This document shows, piece after piece, positions 1 to 9,729 of a stretch of 64,000 nucleotides of DNA. The DNA comes from an uncultured Gammaproteobacteria bacterium. GTDB lineage: Bacteria > Patescibacteriota > Patescibacteriia > JAHIZJ01. Under the pieces are notes generated by a model, which was given only the letters and a program-made list of their open reading frames with translations, was not told the origin of the DNA and did no database searches. The stretch covers positions 571,042-635,041 of the forward strand of contig CAYJKP010000001.1 in the NCBI GenBank assembly GCA_964371245.1, given 5' to 3'. How positions within the stretch are numbered: position 1 is the stretch's first letter; each line of letters opens with the position of its first letter. Position numbers and translations under genes: made by a program.

Positions 1-723
1 GGCGTACGGAGCGATGTATGAAAGTGAAGCCGGGTCAGACGCTGAAGTAACAATAACTGTCGTATATTTCATCGCGCCGCGAGATTCCAGTTCGGCTACG
101 ATCCGGGCGACTTTCGACTCCTTCTGGCCGATCGCGACGTAGAAACAAAAGACGTTCTGATCGTGCTGATTCAGGATGGTATCGACGGCAATCGCCGTTT
201 TGCCTGTTTGCCGGTCGCCGATAATCAATTCGCGCTGGCCGCGACCAATCGGAATCATCGAGTCAATCGCTTTGAGGCCGGTCTGAAGCGGCGTATTCAC
301 ACCTTGCCGCGTAACCACGCCGGGTGCGATTTTTTCGACCGGGTAGTATTTTTCCGCTTTGATCGGTCCTTTGCCGTCAATCGGCCGGCCGAGCGGATCA
401 ATGACGCGACCGATGACCGCTTTGCCGACCGGCACTTCGAGTATCCGGCCGGTGCTTTTAACCGTATCGCCTTCTTTCAGGTGTTGGTACTCTCCCAGGA
501 TCATCGCGCCGACAGAATCCTCGTCCAGATTGAGCGCCACGCCCATGGTCTGCCCGGGAAATTCAAGCATTTCCGAAGCCCGGCAGTCGGATAAACCGGA
601 GACCCGAGCAATGCCGTCGCCCAATTCAATGATTTGGCCGACCTTTTCCACCTTGGCCTGTTCGCGGAAGTTGGTGATCTGCTTCTTTAGTGATTCGATG
701 ACGTAATCTTTTGTCGTTGACAT
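1..723 (-). CDS. atpA: F0F1 ATP synthase subunit alpha (5' part, runs off window)
   Basis: Manual translation from ATG at 723: [44 protein letters not shown]..., with Walker A GDRQTGKT near 190-220; follows atpH. Confidence 0.97.
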   Translation of the reverse strand, partial: MSTTKDYVIESLKKQITNFREQAKVEKVGQIIELGDGIARVSGLSDCRASEMLEFPGQTMGVALNLDEDSVGAMILGEYQHLKEGDTVKSTGRILEVPVGKAVIGRVIDPLGRPIDGKGPIKAEKYYPVEKIAPGVVTRQGVNTPLQTGLKAIDSMIPIGRGQRELIIGDRQTGKTAIAVDTILNQHDQNVFCFYVAIGQKESKVARIVAELESRGAMKYTTVIVTSASDPASLSYIAPYA

Positions 724-756
724 ACGCGTATCAGATTTCAAATATGAAATAATTAT

Positions 757-1158
757 TTATTCACTCAGTGATTGCTTTAAGGTGTGCAGTCTCGTCCGCA
801 AACTGGCGTCGATCAGAAGATCGGGAAACGCAACGATCATCCCGCCGAGAACACTCGCGTCCACGTGTCCCTGCAACCGGATCGTTTTTTTCAACATCTG
901 ACTGAGCGTTTCTTCAATCTCCTTTTTCTCCGTGTCTGGCACCCGCTGGGCGGTCGTGAGATTGCCCTCGACCACGCCTTCTTGGATCAACGCCTGACGC
1001 TGGAATTCCTGGCTAATCTTTTCGGCCAACGAGGTCTGATTTCGATCGGCTAACAGAGTCACAAACTTACGAACGATCGCATCAATTTCAGCGTGCGTTA
1101 ATCCGCGGGTAAGTTCGTGGAGTGCGATCGCGTATTGTTTCGCCGTCAGCCGTTTCAT
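757..1158 (-). CDS. atpH: ATP synthase F1 subunit delta (short form)
   Basis: AKQYAIAL N-terminus, VDASVLGG...LIDASLRTRL C-terminus; operon position. Confidence 0.9.
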   Translation of the reverse strand: MKRLTAKQYAIALHELTRGLTHAEIDAIVRKFVTLLADRNQTSLAEKISQEFQRQALIQEGVVEGNLTTAQRVPDTEKKEIEETLSQMLKKTIRLQGHVDASVLGGMIVAFPDLLIDASLRTRLHTLKQSLSE

Positions 1159-1661
1159 GCTTTCTGTTTTACTATTTCAGCGAGCGCGCGTTGGACTAGT
1201 TCGCGGTCTTTTTTCTCGTCCATGCGTTCCAGTAATATTTTCTCAACCGCCTGCACGACGACATCGGCAACTTCCGCCTGCGCTTCTTTTACCAGGGTGA
1301 TTTTCGCTTGGGCCAATTCGGCTTTCGTCCGCCTGACGATTTCTTCAACCTCGGCATTCGCCAATTTCAACTTTTCCTGGCGCAGTGCTTCAGCCTTTTG
1401 CATCACTTCATCGAGTATTTTCTGTGCTTGCTGACGAGCTGATTTCAACGCTGCCTCTTTCTCCTTGGCCGATTCTGCCAGATTGCGTTCAATTTGTTTA
1501 GCATCATCAAGGCTTTTTTCGATCGTGGCCGTCCGTTTATTCAGCATGCGCAAGATCGGCTTATAGGCGAAGCGGTACAATACGAACAGTAAAATAAAGA
1601 AATTGATGACCTGAGCGATAAGTAATTTCCAATTAATACCGAGCTGGGTAATGAGTTCCAT
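1155..1661 (-). CDS. atpF: ATP synthase F0 subunit b
   Basis: LGINWKLLIAQVINFFILLFVLYRFAYKPI followed by long coiled coil. Confidence 0.96.
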   Translation of the reverse strand: MELITQLGINWKLLIAQVINFFILLFVLYRFAYKPILRMLNKRTATIEKSLDDAKQIERNLAESAKEKEAALKSARQQAQKILDEVMQKAEALRQEKLKLANAEVEEIVRRTKAELAQAKITLVKEAQAEVADVVVQAVEKILLERMDEKKDRELVQRALAEIVKQKA

Positions 1662-1693
1662 ATGCGCGGAAAAAGTTAATTATGAACACATCT

Positions 1694-1723
1694 GATTGGC
1701 CGTCGTTTTGGCGACAGCCAATC
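1694..1723 (-). other. Intergenic stem-loop between atpE and atpF (possible mRNA stabiliser or partial terminator)
   Basis: GATTGGC..GTCG/CGAC..GCCAATC inverted repeat. Confidence 0.45.
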
Positions 1724-1737
1724 CTATCTGCCGATAA

Positions 1738-1965
1738 TTAGACAAATTTGATGATCAGCGCGACCACCAACGCGTAAATCGCGATGGCTTCGGCGAAGGC
1801 GATGGCAATCAACATCGGCACTTGGATTTTCGAGGCGGACTCCGGGTTCCGGCCAATCGATTCCATGGCCTTGCCCGCCAGTTTACCGATCGCCATGGCC
1901 GGGGCAATCCCGCCGATAGCGATGGTCAGCGCAGCCGCTAACATTTTTACTGATTCTGCGTCCAT
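1738..1965 (-). CDS. atpE: ATP synthase F0 subunit c
   Basis: Hydrophobic hairpin with RNPE loop and AFAEAIAIY acidic site. Confidence 0.97.
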   Translation of the reverse strand: MDAESVKMLAAALTIAIGGIAPAMAIGKLAGKAMESIGRNPESASKIQVPMLIAIAFAEAIAIYALVVALIIKFV

Positions 1966-2045
1966 ATGTGTACTCCTTATTGATATTTCCTGGCGTACGA
2001 CGAGGGTTGGTGTTTAGCGTCGGCCCGAAAATATCGGTTAATAAA

Positions 2046-2780
2046 TTACTCGTGTTGTTCGAGGGTGGCTACTTTAAAGAACACCAGCGACAAGATGGCG
2101 AAGATAAATCCCTGGACCAGCCCGACAAAGAGTTCAAGAAAATAAAACGGCAGCGGCACAACGTATGGGATTAAGCTCGAGATGATGACTAATAAAACTT
2201 CACCGGCAAAGATATTGCCGAATAACCGAAACGAAAACGACACAATCGTCGCCAGCTGGTCAATAAATTCCAGTAATCCAATAATCGGATTTTTTATATT
2301 AATAAACCGTTTCCAGTATTTAAATACCCCGACCGCCAATATGCCGAAGACTTGGGTCGCGATCACGGAAATAATCGCCAAGGCTAACGTGGTGTTCAGA
2401 TCAGAGTTCACGGTCCGAAAGAACGGCACGAATACTTCTTGCCCGTGCTTCATCTCATTTAAACCGATCGTGCCAAAGCCGGGAAAAATACCCAGCCAAT
2501 TCGAGGTGACCACAAATAGAAATATTGTCACCACCCAGGGGAAAAACCGAACCGATTGCTTCCGATCCTGAGTGACGCCGTCCATCAGATTCAACCATAT
2601 TTCAACAATCCACTCGATCACGTTTTGAAGGCCGCGTGGCACCGCTTTTATTTTCTTTGCCCGAAGCGTCAATCCGACAATTACTAAAACCGCCACACTG
2701 ATCCATGAGGCTAGCAGTGTGTTGGTGACGGGCAAGCCTCCAATTTCAAATACTTTTTCCGCTGCGAGTGAAATCTCCAT
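2046..2780 (-). CDS. atpB: ATP synthase F0 subunit a
   Basis: SFSFRLFGNIFAGE and LELFVGLVQGFIF motifs. Confidence 0.97.
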   Translation of the reverse strand: MEISLAAEKVFEIGGLPVTNTLLASWISVAVLVIVGLTLRAKKIKAVPRGLQNVIEWIVEIWLNLMDGVTQDRKQSVRFFPWVVTIFLFVVTSNWLGIFPGFGTIGLNEMKHGQEVFVPFFRTVNSDLNTTLALAIISVIATQVFGILAVGVFKYWKRFINIKNPIIGLLEFIDQLATIVSFSFRLFGNIFAGEVLLVIISSLIPYVVPLPFYFLELFVGLVQGFIFAILSLVFFKVATLEQHE

Positions 2781-2781
2781 G

Positions 2782-3069
2782 TTACTCCTTCGTGTCCTTC
2801 TTTTCTTCCTTCTTCGGTGGCGTTGAACGAGCTTGTTCGGCCATCACTTTTACCGCCTTGAAAAAAACTCCGAGGGTGGAAATAATGATCGAGAGCATGA
2901 CGCCGGTGATCAAAAACCAGGGTTTCGTACCAAGCCAGCGGTCGACAAAGGCACCGCCGAGCGCAAATATAACGAGCGGGATGGCTATTAAATATCCCAG
3001 CTCCCAGGCAAAGCGGAGCGCCGACCACGGTGCTGATTTTTTATTCTTGTCTGACTTCGGCTCGTCCAT
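2782..3069 (-). CDS. atpI: AtpZ/AtpI family membrane protein
   Basis: Two TM helices, GAFVDRWLGTKPWFLITG motif; first gene of atp operon; ATG at 3069 chosen. Confidence 0.8.
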   Translation of the reverse strand: MDEPKSDKNKKSAPWSALRFAWELGYLIAIPLVIFALGGAFVDRWLGTKPWFLITGVMLSIIISTLGVFFKAVKVMAEQARSTPPKKEEKKDTKE

Positions 3070-3343
3070 GTTTTCAAGGAAAAATAAAATTAAACCCACC
3101 GTTTTCGCAAGTATTCTACACGAAGACTAGCAACAAATCAAGGGTAACTACTAATAATGGCTAAAGTTAGCCAATATATTTTTAGCCGCAGTAACACTTT
3201 ACGCATATTGAAAAAATAATCTGTGATTTTTTTATTACCAAATATTTTCTACAATAAATTTTCTTAATTTCGTCCACAATATTTTTCATATGTGCTCACA
3301 TCATTTTTTCTCAAAAAGAGGATAGCTCGCCGTTATGCTCCCA

Positions 3344-3372
3344 TTGACAATGACGCTTTTTTGCGCTATCAT
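3344..3372 (+). promoter_or_regulatory. Sigma70-type promoter
   Basis: TTGACA-17nt-TATCAT upstream of small ORF at 3418. Confidence 0.65.
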
Positions 3373-3417
3373 GTATATACTGTCTTCAAATTCAAAACAA
3401 AAATATTTATTGAACGC

Positions 3418-3546
3418 ATGGACACGCACGATTCAAATGAACAGCGCAATGTCAAGCACAAGGAACACGATTCCTTGTCGGAGCTCGAAGTTGCTTTGAA
3501 AAAATTTCGTCAGGCCAGACGTCGGTTACAACACGAGATTAAATAA
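3418..3546 (+). CDS. Small hypothetical protein (42 aa, helical)
   Basis: ATG at 3418, own promoter, and terminator-like inverted repeat right after the stop. Confidence 0.5.
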   Translation: MDTHDSNEQRNVKHKEHDSLSELEVALKKFRQARRRLQHEIK

Positions 3547-3608
3547 AAAAGGTCTCTTCCGTTTATTGTCGAGCCCTTTTTATTTTTTCACAGTATCTAG
3601 AGACTCGG

Positions 3609-4628
3609 CTAGTCTTCAGACGACGGTTTCTCGATCTGTCCCGTGTCGTTGTTTCCCTTCTGGCCGGTAATTTTGTAGACGTCCTTGTCGATTTTCTTAA
3701 ATTCCTTCGTGGCCGTGTTGTAGGTGTTTACGGTCGTCGACAGCTGATTGCCGATCCGACGATGATACTCATAATAGGCCGTTAAATGTTTCGCCATTTG
3801 TTCAACATTGGCTTGTATTTCTTTGGCCGATTCTTCGATCTGAAGCGCGCGCAGACCCTGGAGAACCGTTTGTAAATAGGCAAAAAATGAGGTCGGCGAG
3901 ACGATCATGACGCGTTTATCGCGAAAGGCGTATTCGATTAAATCACGGGTATTTACTTTAATGGCGCCGACTTGATTGACCAGTAAATCGTAATAGATCG
4001 CCTCGGCCGGAATAAACATGAACGCGAAGTCCATTGTCCCCTCTTCCGGACGGATGTATTTCGAGGTCTCATCAATCCGATTCTTGAGATCTTGTTTAAA
4101 TATTTTTTCCAGATCAGCGCGTTGAACCGGGTCCTTCGTCTGAAGAATGCGGTTATAATTCTCAAGTGAGAATTTTGAATCGATTGGGATGATCTTTTTT
4201 CCGACAAACACGGCCGCATCGACAATATCGCCATTTTTGAAACCATACTGCAGCTGATATGCTTTCGGCGGCAAAACGTTTTTCAAGACCGTTTCAAGAT
4301 AATATTCCCCGAGAATGCCGCGTTGTTTCGGATTTTGGAGAATGTCCTGCAAATTTTGTAATTGGTCGGCGAAATCAATGACTTGTCTGGTTGTTTCCGT
4401 CACCCGCGTGAGCTCCCGATGGACATCGAGTAAACGGTCCTGCACCACCTTCTGCATGCCTTGAATATTCTGGTTCACCAGGTACATCGGGTCCCGCATC
4501 GCATCCTGCTTTTCGCGTTGCTGTTGAAGCAATCGTCGCTGTTGTCCGGCCACGAGAATAATAACCGCCGTAAACCCGGCGATTAAACATGCAATAACGA
4601 CGATAAACCAAATAATATTCACTGTCAT
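3609..4628 (-). CDS. rmuC: DNA recombination protein RmuC
   Basis: N-terminal TM, RGILGEYYLE, IDSKF, FAFMFIPAEAIY, VSPTSF motifs. Confidence 0.93.
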   Translation of the reverse strand: MTVNIIWFIVVIACLIAGFTAVIILVAGQQRRLLQQQREKQDAMRDPMYLVNQNIQGMQKVVQDRLLDVHRELTRVTETTRQVIDFADQLQNLQDILQNPKQRGILGEYYLETVLKNVLPPKAYQLQYGFKNGDIVDAAVFVGKKIIPIDSKFSLENYNRILQTKDPVQRADLEKIFKQDLKNRIDETSKYIRPEEGTMDFAFMFIPAEAIYYDLLVNQVGAIKVNTRDLIEYAFRDKRVMIVSPTSFFAYLQTVLQGLRALQIEESAKEIQANVEQMAKHLTAYYEYHRRIGNQLSTTVNTYNTATKEFKKIDKDVYKITGQKGNNDTGQIEKPSSED

Positions 4629-4788
4629 AGAGTTATTGTACCCTACCCTTTCCCCTTGGCAAGGCGCGTCGAGTTATCCACAGTCTATTACCATGTAATC
4701 TTGCCTAAAATAAACAACTTCGCTATGATGAGTCATCAACGGAACTGCATCTATCCACGGAGGGTAGCGCTTCGCAGGAGGTAAGACG

Positions 4789-5142
4789 ATGGCGGGTATG
4801 GGGGTTCGGTCTTCTCCGTTGGTGGTCATGGGCTTTGTGGCCGTGACGGCAATCGTCGTTATCGGCGAGCAATTACACCAAAATCACACACCAACACTGA
4901 TCCTTCTCAACGAACAGACCTACTGGATGAGGACGTCCGAAACGAACGTCTATGCCGATCTAAAAGCCGCCAGTAAATGGCTAGAGGAACATCAACTCGT
5001 ACCGCGCGAAGTGATTATGGATCAACGCGATGTTGTTGCCCGTGTTACGCGCCTGCCCATTCCTCTCGACCTGAAGAACCGGTTGGTACTTGAAACCGGC
5101 ATCATCTTTGACTGTTCGAAGTCGAAACCGCCCGATCCGTGA
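4789..5142 (+). CDS. Hypothetical protein with N-terminal TM/signal
   Basis: AGGAGGT SD, upstream TTGCCT-17-TATGAT promoter, hydrophobic N-terminus. Confidence 0.6.
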   Translation: MAGMGVRSSPLVVMGFVAVTAIVVIGEQLHQNHTPTLILLNEQTYWMRTSETNVYADLKAASKWLEEHQLVPREVIMDQRDVVARVTRLPIPLDLKNRLVLETGIIFDCSKSKPPDP

Positions 5143-5162
5143 CCTGTCATTGGTTCGGGCTT

Positions 5163-5975
5163 TTATTTTTCAATCGTTAGCCCAGTTTTCAAATGAAATA
5201 GTCGCTCGGCGTTTTTTGTTGTTTCGGCGACGACTACCTGATAAGGCATGTTTTTCAGTTCGGCAATTTTTTCAGCCACGTGCTTTACATAGACCGGTTC
5301 GTTTCGCTGTCGGCGATATGGGACCGGAGCCAAATACGGCGCATCCGTTTCGATGAGCATACGATCAATCGGCACTCGCCTGATCAACTCCAACAACCGC
5401 CCATCATCGGTAAAGGTGATAATCCCGGTAAAGCCAAGATGCAAACCGCGATCAAGAAATTGATCCGCGATCGCTTGGTCGCCAAGGAAGCAATGCACAA
5501 CCCCGCCAGCCGGCAATTTTTCCGACTGCAATTCGGCTAACAGCTCGGCATAGGCATCCCGGCAATGAAAGATAACCGGCAACTTCCGTCGGTCCGCCAA
5601 CCCAAGAAAAAAATGAAGGATTGTTTTTTGGTAGGTTTTTAATTCTTCCTTCGACTGGGCCGTTCCGTCCGGCAAACGATAATAATCCAACCCAACCTCG
5701 CCGATGGCGACGATTTGGGCGGAATATTTTTCGGTAAGCTCATTGAAGGCCTGCTCTTGAAATTCTATTTCGGCCGCATGGGATGGGTGAAAACCGACGG
5801 CTGCGTACATCTGTCCAGGGTATTGTTGCGCTAACTCAATCGCTGTCATACTCGTCTGATATTGTGAGCCGACATTAATAACCCGCAGCCCCGTTTGAAG
5901 GCAGCGGTTTATTACGTCCGTGCGGTCCTGACGATAGGCACGGAAATTTAAATGCGCGTGGGTATCGATGAGCAT
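5163..5975 (-). CDS. tatD: TatD family hydrolase
   Basis: IDTHAHL, GFHP, IGEVGLDY, FHCRDA, ETDAPYL. Confidence 0.95.
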   Translation of the reverse strand: MLIDTHAHLNFRAYRQDRTDVINRCLQTGLRVINVGSQYQTSMTAIELAQQYPGQMYAAVGFHPSHAAEIEFQEQAFNELTEKYSAQIVAIGEVGLDYYRLPDGTAQSKEELKTYQKTILHFFLGLADRRKLPVIFHCRDAYAELLAELQSEKLPAGGVVHCFLGDQAIADQFLDRGLHLGFTGIITFTDDGRLLELIRRVPIDRMLIETDAPYLAPVPYRRQRNEPVYVKHVAEKIAELKNMPYQVVVAETTKNAERLFHLKTGLTIEK

Positions 5976-6487
5976 TAGAATAGTCCAGGCAACACCCGAA
6001 ACGAATCGGGTAAAATGAAGCCGAGGAGATTGGCCGTACCCAGCATGAGTTGGGCGAGGTCAGAGCGGGACAACTGTTCGGCCAAACTCGGCTGATGAAG
6101 AAATTGATCGGCCACCATCAGAACGATGCCGATGACAAACAACCCTTCGACAAAACCGAGGATGGCGCCGCCGAACCGATTCAGTAGGGTATAGAACGGC
6201 ACGTGTTTTAATATTTGCAATGCCCGCGCCAAGAACCAAAAAACAATCCCTACCAAGTGGGTCGTCAGCAGGAATATCAGGACAAAGCCAATTAAGTTGG
6301 CGACCGCTTCCCGACCAAGAAATAACGGCGTAATCCAGCTCCCGATCCCTTCATAGTACCGACTGGCTAAATAATAGCCAAAACCAAGGCCGATGATTGA
6401 ACCGAGCGACTGAAACAAGCCAGTCATAAAACCCAGCACAATAAACCCGCCGAGGAAGATCAATAAAATGAGATCGATGATTGGCAT
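5975..6487 (-). CDS. CvpA family membrane protein
   Basis: IDLILL..GFMTGL and LNRFGGAILGFVEG motifs, 4 TM. Confidence 0.88.
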   Translation of the reverse strand: MPIIDLILLIFLGGFIVLGFMTGLFQSLGSIIGLGFGYYLASRYYEGIGSWITPLFLGREAVANLIGFVLIFLLTTHLVGIVFWFLARALQILKHVPFYTLLNRFGGAILGFVEGLFVIGIVLMVADQFLHQPSLAEQLSRSDLAQLMLGTANLLGFILPDSFRVLPGLF

Positions 6488-6543
6488 ACTCTGTTATTAC
6501 TATATCACAACAATGTGTTTGCCGAAATGGCGTTTTCGCGATT

Positions 6544-7419
6544 TTATCGAATGAAATACCAGGTGAGGTAACTCGTCACGTCGGTCAGGTCAGCTTTACC
6601 GGTTACCGCGACAGCATTAGAGCTCTCCAAAAGCACGCCAGTCTTCGCACCCCGTCTCTCAACATATTCCAGTAGAGTTAGAATAGCCGGTTTTGAATCG
6701 ACATACATATCGTTGACGCCGGCCATATCGCGCTTCTGCAAAACAGCGATATTTATTTCCGCCTGTGCTTCGGCCACCGCCGGCGTGACTTCATGCGAAA
6801 AATCCACACTGGCGAGAACGAGCGCGTCGTCCGGCAACGCTGCGTCTAACGTCTCAGCCAATCGTTTCGTGTCATCGGCAGTTACGGTGTTTTTTAGCAC
6901 AATCGGCACAAACGTCGTCCGAGGAAAAGATTTTTGAATAAACGACACTTCGGCTGAAATCGAATGTTCTTTTTCAAACACCCGCTCGTCAATCTTTACC
7001 AAATCTTCTTTTGACAACGTATCGATAATTGCTTCGGCTGGCTGGAGCGTGCCGTAGGGCGTCGACCATTCTCCTTTTGACGAAATTATTGGCCCGCTTC
7101 CGGTATTAAAGTGGTTTGGTCCAATCACGACGACCACGCTTGGCGTTTGATTGCTCAACCCGAGAAAAAACCTGGCAATCAGATGGGAAGCCAGCAAATG
7201 ATGCGGGGTAATTCCAGCCACCGCAAAATCAGGCGATTCCTTCGGTTTTTCATTTTTGTATGCCCGGTCAAAAAACTCCCGGTCCATGAAGAACGATCGG
7301 TGAACAAGACGGTCGTTAATCAACCCGGAGTTTGTTGATAGAGAGGTTATGTTTTCCGATTTCGTGCCGCAGCCGGCGAGAAAAACCGCCACCGCGCAAA
7401 AAACCAGTATCTTCCTCAT
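6544..7419 (-). CDS. amrB: MEMO1/AmmeMemoRadiSam protein B family, with lipoprotein signal
   Basis: ITPHH, IGPNH, EHSI, SVDFSH motifs; LAGC lipobox. Confidence 0.85.
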   Translation of the reverse strand: MRKILVFCAVAVFLAGCGTKSENITSLSTNSGLINDRLVHRSFFMDREFFDRAYKNEKPKESPDFAVAGITPHHLLASHLIARFFLGLSNQTPSVVVVIGPNHFNTGSGPIISSKGEWSTPYGTLQPAEAIIDTLSKEDLVKIDERVFEKEHSISAEVSFIQKSFPRTTFVPIVLKNTVTADDTKRLAETLDAALPDDALVLASVDFSHEVTPAVAEAQAEINIAVLQKRDMAGVNDMYVDSKPAILTLLEYVERRGAKTGVLLESSNAVAVTGKADLTDVTSYLTWYFIR

Positions 7420-7420
7420 A

Positions 7421-9706
7421 CTAGCGGTGTAAGGCCCCGCCCCACTCAACGACGGTGAAACCATGCCGGACTGGCGTTTCGAGTTTTTGCGGTGTAACGG
7501 TAATCCGGGTGTCGAGCGGTTTGTAATCCATGAACACGCGGATGATCTGATCCGGCTTTGGGGTTACAGTCAGCGGTGCCAGCTGATCGAAAACAGCCTG
7601 ATCAATGAACGTCACGAACACGTACGGTTTCATTTCCAATTTCGGCTGCCAGAAATTGATGAACTCAGCGCTTTCGTTTCCGTTCAGTCCAAGGACGGAC
7701 AGCTTTTCTTCCAGGAATTGGTGTACTTCCGAACGGGCAACAACGAAGCCTTGTTTCGGTATTTCATAGTTTAAGCCTATTCCTTCCCAGAAGAGATATG
7801 GGTATTCATCGCCATTTGCTGTTTTTAACTGCCCGTCTGGCCGCGCGATCACTGACCATCCGTCGGCTGGATACACCGGCTCAGTCACGGTGAATCCCCC
7901 GGTCGGGCTGACCTTCACGTTAACCGGTGTTTCTTTTTCCGGATAGAGGTAGATAACCGGTTTGCCGCATTCGGCGGCCGGTACGTATGTGGCCTTCTTG
8001 AACCGCAGCCACATGCCGAATGGGTCCTGCCAGAAAAACACCGGATGATCGGCCGCAAACGCGTCGTAGCTGGGTTTTGTCTCCTCGATCGGCACATAGA
8101 AACTGTCATATACCTCTCTTAAAGCTGGGTTATTTTTGTCCGCAAATTCATAGACGGCATCGCCGGTAGACGTCCGGCCCGTGGCCACGAGCGCTGACTG
8201 TCCGCCCAGATCAGCTGGTGTTGTCAGGGCGTGGCAGAGCATCGTACCGCACCCGCCCGTCGGATCGTTATAGGTGTAATCTTCTGATATCCGTGTGCCG
8301 TCGTTCCAGCGCACGTCTGGCCGGAAGCTGGTCGCGCCGAAATACGGATTTTCCGCAGTCGGCACGCTGGTGGCAAAGTCAAGTTTGTAGATGTATTTCT
8401 TGGCGGTGCCGTCTTTTTGTCTGACTATGAAGCATTTTTCGTTCGTATCAAACGACACGTCGCCGACAGTCGCGTTTGTGAACTTCTCTTCCAGGGTGGG
8501 ATAATCGGTATACATTTTATTCGGATCAAAAGCCGTAGCGAGGAGTTTGGTAGATGAGTTTGGAATTGCGATTTCGGCCGGCACGGTGAAGCCACTGAGC
8601 GTCGCCTGCGTGTCATATTGGAACGGAAATCCGACTTGTTGCAGATCGTCGGAGTATTTCTCGAGATAGACAAAGCTGGCGGTATCCGGGTTATAGGCTA
8701 CCCGATAAAGATTTTTCTGAAACGCCGGGCCCATAGGCAATTCAAGAATCACGACGAGTGTCTGGCCGGCATACGGGCGGGTATTAATCGTGCCGACCTG
8801 ATAATACTGGCGGCTGCTGAAATAATCGCCGTATTGATCACCGGGGTTTTCTGCGTTTTCTATCAGATTCAGTTCGACCGGCGCCGCCAGCCATGAGACC
8901 GACAAATCGCCGCCTTCGTTCGCCACTTTCGCCTTCGCTGTAGGGTTGGAGATTTCCGTATATGACTTCGGATCAATGAATGTGAAGCTATCCAGAATGT
9001 CGTTGACGAGAGCCATGTTTTTTTCCAACGCGGTCTGAGGTGCATTCAGCGTGATTTGATAGACGCGTTGTCCCCGCGCAATATAGCCGTAGGCCACTTG
9101 ATAAGCCAAATTAACATCGGTATCGTTGGGCGTAGTCCGAATGAATGATTTCATGCCATTGTCCCGTGTCTCGATCTCGCCGTAGCTGTCGCCCTGACGT
9201 TCGGAACGCATGGCCGCCAGCTTCTTGTTCAACCAAACCTCGAAGCTCGAATCGTCGTTATTATAATAGGTAATCCACATAGGAAATATATAGCCGGCGG
9301 GTGCGTCGACCGATACGAGCGAATCCTCTTCGTTGATTCCCTGTGTCACCGGGCCGCCTGTCCAGTCCGACGGTACGGATATCTCGAAACCGTGATTATA
9401 CAGCTGATACGTAATTGTCCGCATGTTAGAGACCGGGATAACGACATTCGTGTTCGTATTGGCATTCAGATTGGTGTTGGTGTTTGTCAGGCTATTAGTA
9501 TTTGCGTTGGTACTTACATTTGCATTCGCATTTACATTATTACCAGTATTTAGGGTCGTGATTGTGCCCTTATCCGTGTCGCACTGGGTATAAAAATACG
9601 CGCCAACAACAAGACCGGCGGCAACAATAATCGTCAAAAGAAACCAAAGTGCCGGCAGGCCTTTTTTGGGCTGTCCACCGTTGTTTTTTTCGATTGGCTT
9701 GGCCAT
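7421..9706 (-). CDS. Membrane-anchored surface protein: Asn/Thr linker, PsbP-like segment, C-terminal KPVIYLYP...VVEWGG domain
   Basis: 761-aa ORF, single TM, low-complexity NT tract, recognisable conserved C-terminal motifs. Confidence 0.8.
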   Translation of the reverse strand: MAKPIEKNNGGQPKKGLPALWFLLTIIVAAGLVVGAYFYTQCDTDKGTITTLNTGNNVNANANVSTNANTNSLTNTNTNLNANTNTNVVIPVSNMRTITYQLYNHGFEISVPSDWTGGPVTQGINEEDSLVSVDAPAGYIFPMWITYYNNDDSSFEVWLNKKLAAMRSERQGDSYGEIETRDNGMKSFIRTTPNDTDVNLAYQVAYGYIARGQRVYQITLNAPQTALEKNMALVNDILDSFTFIDPKSYTEISNPTAKAKVANEGGDLSVSWLAAPVELNLIENAENPGDQYGDYFSSRQYYQVGTINTRPYAGQTLVVILELPMGPAFQKNLYRVAYNPDTASFVYLEKYSDDLQQVGFPFQYDTQATLSGFTVPAEIAIPNSSTKLLATAFDPNKMYTDYPTLEEKFTNATVGDVSFDTNEKCFIVRQKDGTAKKYIYKLDFATSVPTAENPYFGATSFRPDVRWNDGTRISEDYTYNDPTGGCGTMLCHALTTPADLGGQSALVATGRTSTGDAVYEFADKNNPALREVYDSFYVPIEETKPSYDAFAADHPVFFWQDPFGMWLRFKKATYVPAAECGKPVIYLYPEKETPVNVKVSPTGGFTVTEPVYPADGWSVIARPDGQLKTANGDEYPYLFWEGIGLNYEIPKQGFVVARSEVHQFLEEKLSVLGLNGNESAEFINFWQPKLEMKPYVFVTFIDQAVFDQLAPLTVTPKPDQIIRVFMDYKPLDTRITVTPQKLETPVRHGFTVVEWGGALHR

Positions 9707-9729
9707 GGTTTTTTTCTAGTAATAAAATA

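Noticed and set aside
163-1434. Plus-strand ORFs over the atp operon (and similar antisense ORFs throughout the track)
   Set aside because: Shadow frames opposite well-supported genes; no motifs or SD.
3130-4682. AT-rich tract plus a perfect DnaA box (TTATCCACA, 4674-4682) as oriC
   Set aside because: Only one clear box, more than 1 kb from the AT-rich tract; no cluster, no dnaA/dnaN, no switch in gene strand bias.
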